From: Eukaryota sp. GEM-RC1
Lineage: Eukaryota
Length of the DNA: 64,000 nt
NCBI GenBank assembly: GCA_040285855.1
Contig: JAUFOQ010000004.1
Span: forward strand, 2,046,001-2,110,000
Direction of reading: 5' to 3'
Shown: positions 1 through 11,697 of the stretch, one piece after another
Layout: each line of letters begins with the position of its first letter
Position numbering within the stretch: the first letter of the stretch is position 1
Program-made: the position numbers and the translations under genes
Notes under the pieces: model-generated
Database searches by the model: none
Told to the model about the DNA's origin: nothing
Seen by the model: only the letters and a program-made list of their open reading frames with translations

Positions 1-377
1 AGCTTCAGCAATTGCAATAGCGCCTTCAGGACCAATTGAGTTGTTTCTTAGATCGATCGTAGAAGCCTCATTTCTCACCATCTGATCATAACAATTCTTC
101 AACTTAGAGCTCAGCTTTCTCCAATCAATAACAAGTTTCTTCTCTTCAACTTGCTGGACAGGAGATACATGTTTAACCGATTTGATTGGTAAAACAGTGT
201 CATCTTGGGAGGTAGAAGAAGCAACACTGGATTCAGAATCCACAGACAGAGAGGTTAAACGACGGGAAGCAGCAGAGTAGACTGACAAAAGTTCTTCATT
301 TAGGGAGGAGATGATGGAGGACTGGTGTTGAAGATGGGTGGAAGTAGTTGTAATGAATTGTTCGTTAATCTTTGGTT
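1..377 (-). pseudogene. 5'-truncated LRR cassette (3' part outside window)
   Basis: Same junction (+ strand ...gttaatctttggtt|ggaaaatacag) and same linker plus first LRR as the other cassettes. Confidence 0.85.
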
Positions 378-1381
378 GGAAAATACAGTTTGAGTGTTAA
401 GGTTATGAGGTTTTTCGGACCTTAAAATCTCACGTTTTTCAACAGGCTTTCTACATTTACGATTTTCGTTTTCCAGCTGGTTTACAGAATACATATTCAT
501 ACTCATTACAGTGTAGCTTAGTGAGTGCTAGATAAGTTACTCTATTAAAGATGTACAAAGATCGGTTCTGTGTGTTGAGACAAATACAAAACAAGATGTG
601 ACCTTTAATTAAAGACCATTCACAATCTACGAACAACCAAATTCTAACCAGTTGTTAGCACCAAGTGATATATCTAAATACTTTTTTCCAGTTTTCATTG
701 TGGAACTTCTGAACAAATTCTAAACACAAAGTTTTTAACAATACAAATTCTTAATTTCGTCAACTGTAAACTTCCCCATAAAGAAACCGTGGAAGCAAAA
801 CTTTGATATTGTGGTGTGTTCGTGTTATAACTCCGCCATTTGATTGTCTCCTGCTGACTGCAAACTATTTTGGCAATTCTTTGTCTATAACTAACAGGTT
901 TATTATGCACATGGCAATGAGTACATATAAAAACACATGTAAAATTATCATTGAAAACAAACAAAGCATCATTTAGTTACATTGAATCTTTCAAAAACTT
1001 GTTCTTGAGCGAAAATACAATCGTGTTAATTATGAGTCAAAATGTTGATGATTCCAAGAGTGTAAACATTCGAAATAATGTAGCATTATTTCAGAAACTA
1101 ATTACTATCTGGTGTTTTTGACAACAATAGTAAATGAACTACTGAACACGATGTGTCTATTCGCCAGAGTAGTCTTGTATCTGAAAATCTGCTAAGCAGG
1201 TTTGGTATTGGTTTCTTTGTGGGTCACTTTGGAGTTGTATTTGAGATAATGATTGCTCTGACCTAAACGATATTTGAAGTGTAATACATTCATTCTTTGA
1301 TGGCTGATGATGATGGTGCTCTTGATAAGAAATCATTTATGATTTTTGAGTAATGTGATTTTATGTCCAAGGAAAATATCT

Positions 1382-2202
1382 TTAGAAACGCATTCTATTC
1401 TTGTGTAGTGATTTTAATGACTGTTGTGTTTGACTGTTGATTGAGTTGTTAGATAGATAGATCACAGTAACAGACGAATTCAACTTTAAAGCTTCAGCAA
1501 TTGCAGTAGCGCCTTCATTACCAATTGAGTTGTTATGTAGATAGATCACAGTAACAGACGAATTCAACTTTAAAGCTTCAGCAATTGCAGTAGCGCCTTC
1601 ATTACCAATTGAGTTGCTAGATAGATCGATCCTAGTAACAGACGAATTCAACTTTAAAGCTTCAGCAATTGCAATAGCGCCTCCAGGACCAATTGAGTTG
1701 TTATGTAGATAGATATCAGAAACAGACGAATTCAGCTTTAAAGCTTCAGCAATTGCAATAGCGCCTTCAGGACCAATTGAGTTGTTATGTAGATAGATCC
1801 TGCTAACAGACGAATTCACCTTTAAAGCTTCAGCAATTGCAATAGCGCCTTCAGGACCAATTGAGTTGTTTCTTAGATCGATCGTAGAAGCCTCATTTCT
1901 CACCATCTGATCATAACAATTCTTCAACTTAGAGCTAAGCTTACTCCAATCAATAACAAGTTTCTTCTCTTCAACTTGCTGGACAGGAGATACATGTTTA
2001 GCCGATTTGATTGGTAAAACAGTGTCATCTTGGGAGGTAGAAGAAGCAACACTGGATTCAGAATCCACAGACAGAGAGGTTAAACGACGGGAAGCAGCAG
2101 AGTAGACTGACAAAAGTTCTTCATTTAGGGAGGAGATGATGGAGGACTGGTGTTGAAGATGGGTGGAAGTAGTTGTAATGAATTGTTCGTTAATCTTTGG
2201 TT
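1382..2202 (-). pseudogene. 5'-truncated LRR cassette, 6 LRR strands, frame intact
   Basis: Homology to the full gene starts at PKINEQ. An in-frame TAA lies 7 codons upstream. The ORF-track 'M' is a TTG Leu codon. Equals gene B minus two repeats. Confidence 0.85.
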
Positions 2203-3206
2203 GGAAAATACAGTTTGAGTGTTAAGGTTATGAGGTTTTTCGGACCTTAAAATCTCACGTTTTTCAACAGGCTTTCTACATTTACGATTTTCGTTTTCCA
2301 GCTGGTTTACAGAATACATATTCATACTCATTACAGTGTAGCTTAGTGAGTGCTAGATAAGTTACTCTATTAAAGATGTACAAAGATCGGTTCTGTGTGT
2401 TGAGACAAATACAAAACAAGATGTGACCTTTAATTAAAGACCATTCACAATCTACGAACAACCAAATTCTAACCAGTTGTTAGCACCAAGTGATATATCT
2501 AAATACTTTTTTCCAGTTTTCATTGTGGAACTTCTGAACAAATTCTAAACACAAAGTTTTTAACAATACAAATTCTTAATTTCGTCAACTGTAAACTTCC
2601 CCATAAAGAAACCGTGGAAGCAAAACTTTGATATTGTGGTGTGTTCGTGTTATAACTCCGCCATTTGATTGTCTCCTGCTGACTGCAAACTATTTTGGCA
2701 ATTCTTTGTCTATAACTAACAGGTTTATTATGCACATGGCAATGAGTACATATAAAAACACATGTAAAATTATCATTGAAAACAAACAAAGCATCATTTA
2801 GTTACATTGAATCTTTCAAAAACTTGTTCTTGAGCGAAAATACAATCGTGTTAATTATGAGTCAAAATGTTGATGATTCCAAGAGTGTAAACATTCGAAA
2901 TAATGTAGCATTATTTCAGAAACTAATTACTATCTGGTGTTTTTGACAACAATAGTAAATGAACTACTGAACACGATGTGTCTATTCGCCAGAGTAGTCT
3001 TGTATCTGAAAATCTGCTAAGCAGGTTTGGTATTGGTTTCTTTGTGGGTCACTTTGGAGTTGTATTTGAGATAATGATTGCTCTGACCTAAACGATATTT
3101 GAAGTGTAATACATTCATTCTTTGATGGCTGATGATGATGGTGCTCTTGATAAGAAATCATTTATGATTTTTGAGTAATGTGATTTTATGTCCAAGGAAA
3201 ATATCT

Positions 3207-4911
3207 TTAGAAACGCATTCTATTCTTGTGTAGTGATTTTAATGACTGTTGTGTTTGACTGTTGATTGAGTTGTTAGATAGATAGATCACAGTAACAGAC
3301 GAATTCAACTTTAAAGCTTCAGCAATTGCAGTAGCGCCTTCATTACCAATTGAGTTGTTATGTAGATAGATCACAGTAACAGACGAATTCAACTTTAAAG
3401 CTTCAGCAATTGCAGTAGCGCCTTCATTACCAATTGAGTTGCTAGATAGATCGATCCTAGTAACAGACGAATTCAACTTTAAAGCTTCAGCAATTGCAAT
3501 AGCGCCTCCAGGACCAATTGAGTTGTTATGTAGATAGATATCAGAAACAGACGAATTCAGCTTTAAAGCTTCAGCAATTGCAATAGCGCCTTCAGGACCA
3601 ATTGAGTTGTTATGTAGATAGATCCTGCTAACAGACGAATTCAACTTTAAAGCTTCAGCAATTGCAATAGCGCCTCCAGGACCAATTGAGTTGTTATGTA
3701 GATAGATATCAGAAACAGACGAATTCAGCTTTAAAGCTTCAGCAATTGCAATAGCGCCTTCAGGACCAATTGAGTTGTTATGTAGATAGATCCTGCTAAC
3801 AGACGAATTCACCTTTAAAGCTTCAGCAATTGCAATAGCGCCTTCAGGACCAATTGAGTTGTTTCTTAGATCGATCGTAGAAGCCTCATTTCTCACCATC
3901 TGATCATAACAATTCTTCAACTTAGAGCTAAGCTTACTCCAATCAATAACAAGTTTCTTCTCTTCAACTTGCTGGACAGGAGATACATGTTTAGCCGATT
4001 TGATTGGTAAAACAGTGTCATCTTGGGAGGTAGAAGAAGCAACACTGGATTCAGAATCCACAGACAGAGAGGTTAAACGACGGGAAGCAGCAGAGTAGAC
4101 TGACAAAAGTTCTTCATTTAGGGAGGAGATGATGGAGGACTGGTGTTGAAGATGGGTGGAAGTAGTTGTAATGAATTGTTCGTTAATCTTTGGTTTAAAG
4201 ACTACGGGTTTTCCTGTCTTCAAGTCATTCATAATAGCACAAGAATCCAGCATAGTTTCTTCCAGTAGCAAAGTTAGGCTCTCTTTAATTCGGGTAAATC
4301 CAGTCGTTGCTTGCTGTAGTGCATATTCAGCTGATTGTGTAACCTTTTCAATAGCCACAGACAACTCCTGATTGATAGAGTTTATATTCTGTTCAACGGA
4401 GGCTCGACCTTCATCAAAGGGAAGCAACTTCTTCTTGTGCTGGTCATGATCACCAAGGATAGCACACGTTGAGCATAGGGCAACAGAACAAGAAGTACAG
4501 AAGAGGTCAAAGGATTTGGAAGCATGTATCGGACATTTAGGCACAATGGATGCGTGTTTCTTTTGCAGGGGAATAGCAACATGGGATCGGAAGAGTTTCG
4601 GTCGATGAGTATCCTTAAAGCATTGGTCGCATAAATCGGCATTACATTCAGCACAATAACAAGTCGCAGCAGCTTCATCACACTCAAAACAAACAGATTC
4701 CCCCCTGTCCAGCAACGAAAGCTTCAATGGCCTCCTTCAACTTGTAGTTAGGACAGAGCCTTGACTTGTCCACCTCAGCTCGGCAGATCGGACACCCATC
4801 ATGAGAAACAAGCCACTCCTGTAAATCCGACATACAAAAGGTGTGGCCACACCAAGTAGTTACCGGATTCTTGAGGATTTCATGACAAATGTCACAGAGG
4901 TAGTGAGACAT
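3207..4911 (-). CDS. RING/B-box1/B-box2/coiled-coil/LRR (TRIM-like E3 ligase) gene B, 8 LRR strands; +1 frameshift in C-run 4700-4705
   Basis: ORFs 4684-4911 (RING CDICH...CGHTFC...CPICR) and 3207-4727 together are colinear with intact gene A. The run is C6 here versus C5 in gene A. Confidence 0.85.
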
Positions 4912-5351
4912 TGGAAGAAGAAAATAAAACCCAGATTTAAGATTTCATTTTGGAAAACTCTCAAACTCGTTTTGTCGCACGACAATTTTTTCTCCTTTTG
5001 GGCACTTTCTAAACCTGTTCAAACAGTTATAGCACCATTTATAAGCCAACCTCAATACCTTCTCTTTGCAGCATTCCCATACACCCAATCTAGCTTTATT
5101 GGGGATCATTGTTTTCTTTTTGACATCCAGAAAGGGTAAAGAACAGAGAGTATTGTTAGTGGACTGTTGTTTTTCTTACGCAGCAAAGGAAACATAGGGT
5201 AAACTTAGGACGTGAGTTCACCCTTGTTAATCACCAACACACTACTGTGCTTTTCACCTGAATTGCATATTTCACAACATTCTTACACCTTTTTCCCACA
5301 GACTTTTCACATCAAAATGCCTTCATATCCGTCTCTTCCTTCCAGTGTCTC

Positions 5352-5467
5352 TGCAATAGTATTGCAAAAGATTAAAATAAATATTTTTTATCTACGTGTA
5401 CAAAAATAAATATTTTTCATGAAAAATATTTAAATATTGCAATAGAAATATTTTTTCCCGACCCCTG
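5352..5467. mobile_element. AT-rich terminal fragment of a probable hAT-like MITE
   Basis: Reverse complement starts CAGGGGTCGGGAAAAAATATTT, resembling CAGGGGTGACAAAAAATATATT at 60922. It begins where homology with the gene A upstream region stops. Confidence 0.4.
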
Positions 5468-5468
5468 A

Positions 5469-6635
5469 CTGTCAGGCACCAATTAGTGACCCACCTCCTA
5501 ATAGTGCCCCCCTCCTAATAGTGACCCACTTTAGGGGTGGGGCTATAATTTAGTGCCCCAGTGTTGATCAAGATCACACAAATGGGTGATAAAAACAGTC
5601 TTATGTCAATAAAAAGAATAAACGATTAGATTCAGATTTAATAGTGGTATTTGGAACTGTGATGAAACTGCCATATTTTGTGAACCAAATGAATCAAGAA
5701 CAATTGATTTTATTGACCAAAAGATTGTTGTTGTTAAGTCTGCAGGTCTCGCAAAGGTACGTTTGACCGGAATCGTTATGGCTAACGCTCTAGGAGTGAA
5801 AAAACTCCTGCCATTATAGCACAAAGATCAGGAAACAGAACCAATAGAGAAGAAGGCTGCTTTATCTTGAAAAGAGAATCATCTTTGATGAATGGAGATT
5901 TATTCATCAAATATCTGCAGTTAATGTTTCCATTGACCAGTAAGGCTGCTGCCAACAGAATGCTATTGGTATTTGATTCAGCTCCTGCCCATCGAAGTAA
6001 GAAGGTCAAGGCTTATCTCAAGGAAAGGGGGTTCAACTATGTTTTGATTCTCGGTGGTTTAACTGGATTATTACAGCCAGCAGACGTCAGTTGGTTCAAA
6101 CCTATGAAAGCAACTATCAGGAATTGTATTGAAGAATGGTTGGAGACTGCACCTGTAACGACCTCCAATCGAGTTAGAGCACCTTTGGCTAACGATATGG
6201 CAAAATGGATGAAAGAGTCGTTGGACAAGTTAAAGAGTGAAGTAATATCAAAATCTTTTCAAGTGTCTTTTCTAGGGCCTTCGCAGACCTTATTGATTTC
6301 TCGCCATCCATCAATCCGTCCTCACTTAGATATCAATAGTTTCGATGCATTATTACCATATTCATCAAGTGATGAGGAGGAAGTAATCGATTTGGATTCA
6401 TCGTCTGATGATGACATCGATGACCTTCTTCAACTCAACAATTCATTGAATTTGGGGATGGATAATGATGTTGTTGCAGTCTTTGACTAGAGTTATATTG
6501 AAATATAAAGTTGTTTTATGGGTCATTTATGAACAAAGACAAAAGGATCCTAATAGTGACCCCCTCCTAATAGTGACCCAGTTTGGGGGTGGGGCTATAA
6601 TTTAGTGACCCGGGGTACTATTTGGCGCCTGACAG
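5469..6635 (+). mobile_element. pogo/Tigger-like (Tc1-mariner superfamily) DNA transposon, internally deleted
   Basis: Imperfect TIRs CTGTCAGGCACCAATTAGTGACCC / GGGGTACTATTTGGCGCCTGACAG, TA at the right flank, subterminal CCTAATAGTG(A/C)CCC repeats at both ends, internal DDE_1 motifs. Confidence 0.9.
5645..6490 (+). pseudogene. DDE_1 (pogo/CENP-B family) transposase fragment
   Basis: Motifs GIWNCDET (~5645-5670), LLVFDSAPAH and GGLTGLLQPADVSWFKPMK, with an acidic tail. No N-terminal DNA-binding domain; frame disrupted upstream of 5867. Confidence 0.85.
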
Positions 6636-7622
6636 TATTAAGGTTATGAGGTTTTTCGGACCTTAAAATCTCACGTTTTTCAACAGGCTTTCTACATTTA
6701 CGATTTTCGTTTTCCAGCTGGTTTACAGAATACATATTCATACTCATTACAGTGTAGCTTAGTGAGTGCTAGATAAGTTACTCTATTAAAGATGTACAAA
6801 GATCGGTTCTGTGTGTTGAGACAAATACAAAACAAGATGTGACCTTTAATTAAAGACCATTCACAATCTACGAACAACCAAATTCTAACCAGTTGTTAGC
6901 ACCAAGTGATATATCTAAATACTTTTTTCCAGTTTTCATTGTGGAACTTCTGAACAAATTCTAAACACAAAGTTTTTAACAATACAAATTCTTAATTTCG
7001 TCAACTGTAAACTTCCCCATAAAGAAACCGTGGAAGCAAAACTTTGATATTGTGGTGTGTTCGTGTTATAACTCCGCCATTTGATTGTCTCCTGCTGACT
7101 GCAAACTATTTTGGCAATTCTTTGTCTATAACTGACAGGTTTATTATGCACATGGCAATGAGTACATATAAAAACACATGTAAAATTATCATTGAAAACA
7201 AACAAAGCATCATTTAGTTACATTGAATCTTTCAAAAACTTGTTCTTGAGCGAAAATACAATCGTGTTAATTATGAGTCAAAATGTTGATGATTCCAAGA
7301 GTGTAAACATTCGAAATAATGTAGCATTATTTCAGAAACTAATTACTATCTGGTGTTTTTGACAACAATAGTAAATGAACTACTGAACACGATGTGTCTA
7401 TTCGCCAGAGTAGTCTTGTATCTGAAAATCTGCTAAGCAGTTTTGGTATTGGTTTCTTTGTGGGTCACTTTGGAGTTGTATTTGAGATAATGATTGCTCT
7501 GACCTAAACGATATTTGAAGTGTAATACATTCATTCTTTGATGGCTGATGATGATGGTGCTCTTGATAAGAAATCATTTATGATTTTTGAGTAATGTGAT
7601 TTTATGTCCAAGGAAAATATCT

Positions 7623-8530
7623 TTAGAAATAAATTCTATTCTTGTGTAGTGATTTTAATGACTGTTGTGTTTGACTGTCGATTGAGTTGTTACCTAGATA
7701 GATCTCAGTTACAGACGAATTCAACTTTAAAGCTTCAGCAATTGCAATAGCGCCTTCATTACCAATTGAGTTGTTATATAGATTGATCACAGTAACAGAC
7801 GAATTCAACTTTAAAGCTTCAGCAATTGCAATAGCGCCTTCATTACCAATTGAGTTGTTACCTAGATCGATCCTAGTAACAGACGAATTCACCTTTAAAG
7901 CTTCAGCAATTGCAATAGCGCCTTCAGGACCAATTGAGTTGTTATGTAGATAAATCTGAGAAACAGACGAATTCACCTTTAAAGCTTCAGCAATTGCAAT
8001 AGCGCCTTCAGGACCAATTGAGTTGTTATGTAGATAAATCTGAGAAACAGACGAATTCACCTTTAAAGCTTCAGCAATTGCAATAGCGCCTTCATTACCA
8101 ATTGAGTTGTTATATAGATAGATATCAGAAACAGACGAATTCAGCTTTAAAGCTTCTGCAATTGCAATAGCGCCTTCAGGACCAATTGAGTTGTTATCTA
8201 GACTGATCGCAGAAACCTCATTTCTCACCATCTGATCATAACAGTTCTTCAGCTCAGAGCTCAGCTTTCTCCAATCAATAACAAGTTTCTTCTCTTCAAC
8301 TTGCTGGACAGGAGACACACTTTCAGCAGACTTGATTGGTAAAACAAAGGAATCATCTTGAGACCCAACTGAAGCAACACTGGATTCAGAATCCACAGAC
8401 AGAGAGGTTAAACGACGGGAAGCAGCAGAGTAGACTGACAAAAGTTCTTCATTTAGGGAGGAGATGATGGAGGACTGGTGTTGAAGATGGGTGGAAGTAG
8501 TTGTAATGAATTGTTCGTTAATCTTTGGTT
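7623..8530 (-). pseudogene. 5'-truncated LRR cassette, 7 strands
   Basis: Common junction; open frame; 28-aa repeats xxIxLxxNSIG(P/N)EGAIAIAEALK(L/V)NSSV. Confidence 0.85.
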
Positions 8531-9534
8531 GGAAAATACAGTTTGAGTATTAAGGTTATGAGGTTTTTCGGACGTTAAAATCTCACGTTTTTCAACAGGC
8601 TTTCTACATTTACGATTTCCGTTTTCCAGCTGGTTTACAGAATACATATTCATACTCATTACAGTGTAGCTTAGTGAGTGCTAGATAAGTTACTCTATTA
8701 AAGATGTACAAAGATCGGTTCTGTGTGTTGAGACAAATACAAAACAAGATGTGACCTTTAATTAAAGACCATTCACAATCTACGAACAACCAAATTCTAA
8801 CCAGTTGTTAGCACCAAGTGATATATCTAAATACTTTTTTCCAGTTTTCATTGTGGAACTTCTGAACAAATTCTAAACACAAAGTTTTTAACAATACAAA
8901 TTCTTAATTTCGTCAACTGTAAACTTCCCCATAAAGAAACCGTGGAAGCAAAACTTTGATATTGTGGTGTGTTCGTGTTATAACTCCGCCATTTGATTGT
9001 CTCCTGCTGACTGCAAACTATTTTGGCAATTCTTTGTCTATAACTAACAGGTTTATTATGCACATGGCAATGAGTACATATAAAAACACATGTAAAATTA
9101 TCATTGAAAACAAACAAAGCATCATTTAGTTACATTGAATCTTTCAAAAACTTGTTCTTGAGCGAAAATACAATCGTGTTAATTATGAGTCAAAATGTTG
9201 ATGATTCCAAGAGTGTAAACATTCGAAATAATGTAGCATTATTTCAGAAACTAATTACTATCTGGTGTTTTTGACAACAATAGTAAATGAACTACTGAAC
9301 ACGATGTGTCTATTCGCCAGAGTAGTCTTGTATCTGAAAATCTGCTAAGCAGTTTTGGTATTGGTTTCTTTGTGGGTCACTTTGGAGTTGTATTTGAGAT
9401 AATGATTGCTCTGACCTAAACGATATTTGAAGTGTAATACATTCATTCTTTGATGGCTGATGATGATGGTGCTCTTGATAAGAAATCATTTATGATTTTT
9501 GAGTAATGTGATTATATGTCCAAGGAAAATATCT

Positions 9535-10694
9535 TTAGAAATAAATTCTATTCTTGTGTAGTGATTTTAATGACTGTTGTGTTTGACTGTCGATTGAGTT
9601 GTTACCTAGATAGATATCAGAAACAGACGAATTCACCTTTAAAGCTTCTGCAATTGCAATAACGCCTTCATTACCAATTGAGTTGTTAGATAGATCGATC
9701 CTACTAACAGACGAATTCACCTTTAAAGCTTCAGCAATTGCAATAGCGCCTTCATTACCAATTGAGTTGTTAGATAGATTGATCACAGTAACAGACGAAT
9801 TCACCTTTAAAGCTTCAGCAATTGCAATAGCGCCTTCATTACCAATTGAGTTGTTACCTAGATAGATCACAGTAACAGACGAATTCAACTTTAAAGCTTC
9901 AGCAATTGCAATAGCGCCTTCAGGACCAATTGAGTTGTTCTCTAGATAAATCTGAGAAACAGACGAATTCACCTTTAAAGCTTCAGCAATTGCAATAGCG
10001 CCTTCATTACCAATTGAGTTGTTATATAGATAGATATCAGAAACAGACGAATTCACCTTTAAAGCTTCAGCAATTGCAATAGCGCCTTCAGGACCAATTG
10101 AGTTGTTATATAGATAGATATCAGAAACAGACGCGTTCACCTTTAAAGCTTCAGCAATTGCCATAGCGCCTTCATTACCAATTGAGTTGTTACCTAGATT
10201 GATCACAGTAACAGACGAATTCAACTTTAAAGCTTCAGCAATTGCAATAGCGCCTTCAGGACCAATTGAGTTGTTATATAGATTGATCACAGTAACAGAC
10301 GAATTCAACTTTAAAGCTTCAGCAATTGCAATAGCGCCTTCAGGACCAATTGAGTTGTTAGATAGACCGATCGCAGAAACCTCATTTCTTACCATCTGAT
10401 CATAACAGTTCTTCAGCTCAGAGCTCAGCTTTCTCCAATCAATAACAAGTTTCTTCTCTTCAACTTGCTGGACAGGAGACACACTTTCAGCAGACTTGAT
10501 TGGTAAAACAAAGGAATCATCTTGAGACCCAACTGAAGCAACACTGGATTCAGAATCCACAGACAGAGAGGTTAAACGACGGGAAGCAGCAGAGTAGACT
10601 GACAAAAGTTCTTCATTTAGGGAGGAGATGATGGAGGACTGGTGTTGAAGATGGGTGGAAGTAGTTGTAATGAATTGTTCGTTAATCTTTGGTT
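9535..10694 (-). pseudogene. 5'-truncated LRR cassette, 10 strands
   Basis: Common junction; open frame; LRR repeats as in the other cassettes. Confidence 0.85.
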
Positions 10695-11697
10695 GGAAAA
10701 TACAGTTTGAGTGTTAAGGTTATGAGGTTTTTCGGACCTTAAAATCTCACGTTTTTCAACAGGCTTTCTACATTTACGATTTTCGTTTTCCAGCTGGTTT
10801 ACAGAATACATATTCATACTCATTACAGTGTAGCTTAGTGAGTGCTAGATAAGTTACTCTATTAAAGATGTACAAAGATCGGTTCTGTGTGTTGAGACAA
10901 ATACAAAACAAGATGTGACCTTTAATTAAAGACCATTCACAATCTACGAACAACCAAATTCTAACCAGTTGTTAGCACCAAGTGATATATCTAAATACTT
11001 TTTCCAGTTTTCATTGTGGAACTTCTGAACAAATTCTAAACACAAAGTTTTTAACAATACAAATTCTTAATTTCGTCAACTGTAAACTTCCCCATAAAGA
11101 AACCGTGGAAGCAAAACTTTGATATTGTGGTGTGTTCGTGTTATAACTCCGCCATTTGATTGTCTCCTGCTGACTGCAAACTATTTTGGCAATTCTTTGT
11201 CTATAACTAACAGGTTTATTATGCACATGGCAATGAGTACATATAAAAACACATGTAAAATTATCATTGAAAACAAACAAAGCATCATTTAGTTACATTG
11301 AATCTTTCAAAAACTTGTTCTTGAGCGAAAATACAATCGTGTTAATTATGAGTCAAAATGTTGATGATTCCAAGAGTGTAAACATTCGAAATAATGTAGC
11401 ATTATTTCAGAAACTAATTACTATCTGGTGTTTTTGACAACAATAGTAAATGAACTACTGAACACGATGTGTCTATTCGCCAGAGTAGTCTTGTATCTGA
11501 AAATCTGCTAAGCAGGTTTGGTATTGGTTTCTTTGTGGGTCACTTTGGAGTTGTATTTGAGATAATGATTGCTCTGACCTAAACGATATTTGAAGTGTAA
11601 TACATTCATTCTTTGATGGCTGATGATGATGGTGCTCTTGATAAGAAATCATTTATGATTTTTGAGTAATGTGATTTTATGTCCAAGGAAAATATCT

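Noticed and set aside
300..964. Recurrent 68-aa and 89-aa ORFs in every spacer
   Set aside because: No recognisable motifs. Conservation simply reflects near-identical DNA; the 68-aa ORF runs out of frame across the junction and the 89-aa ORF lacks an ATG start.
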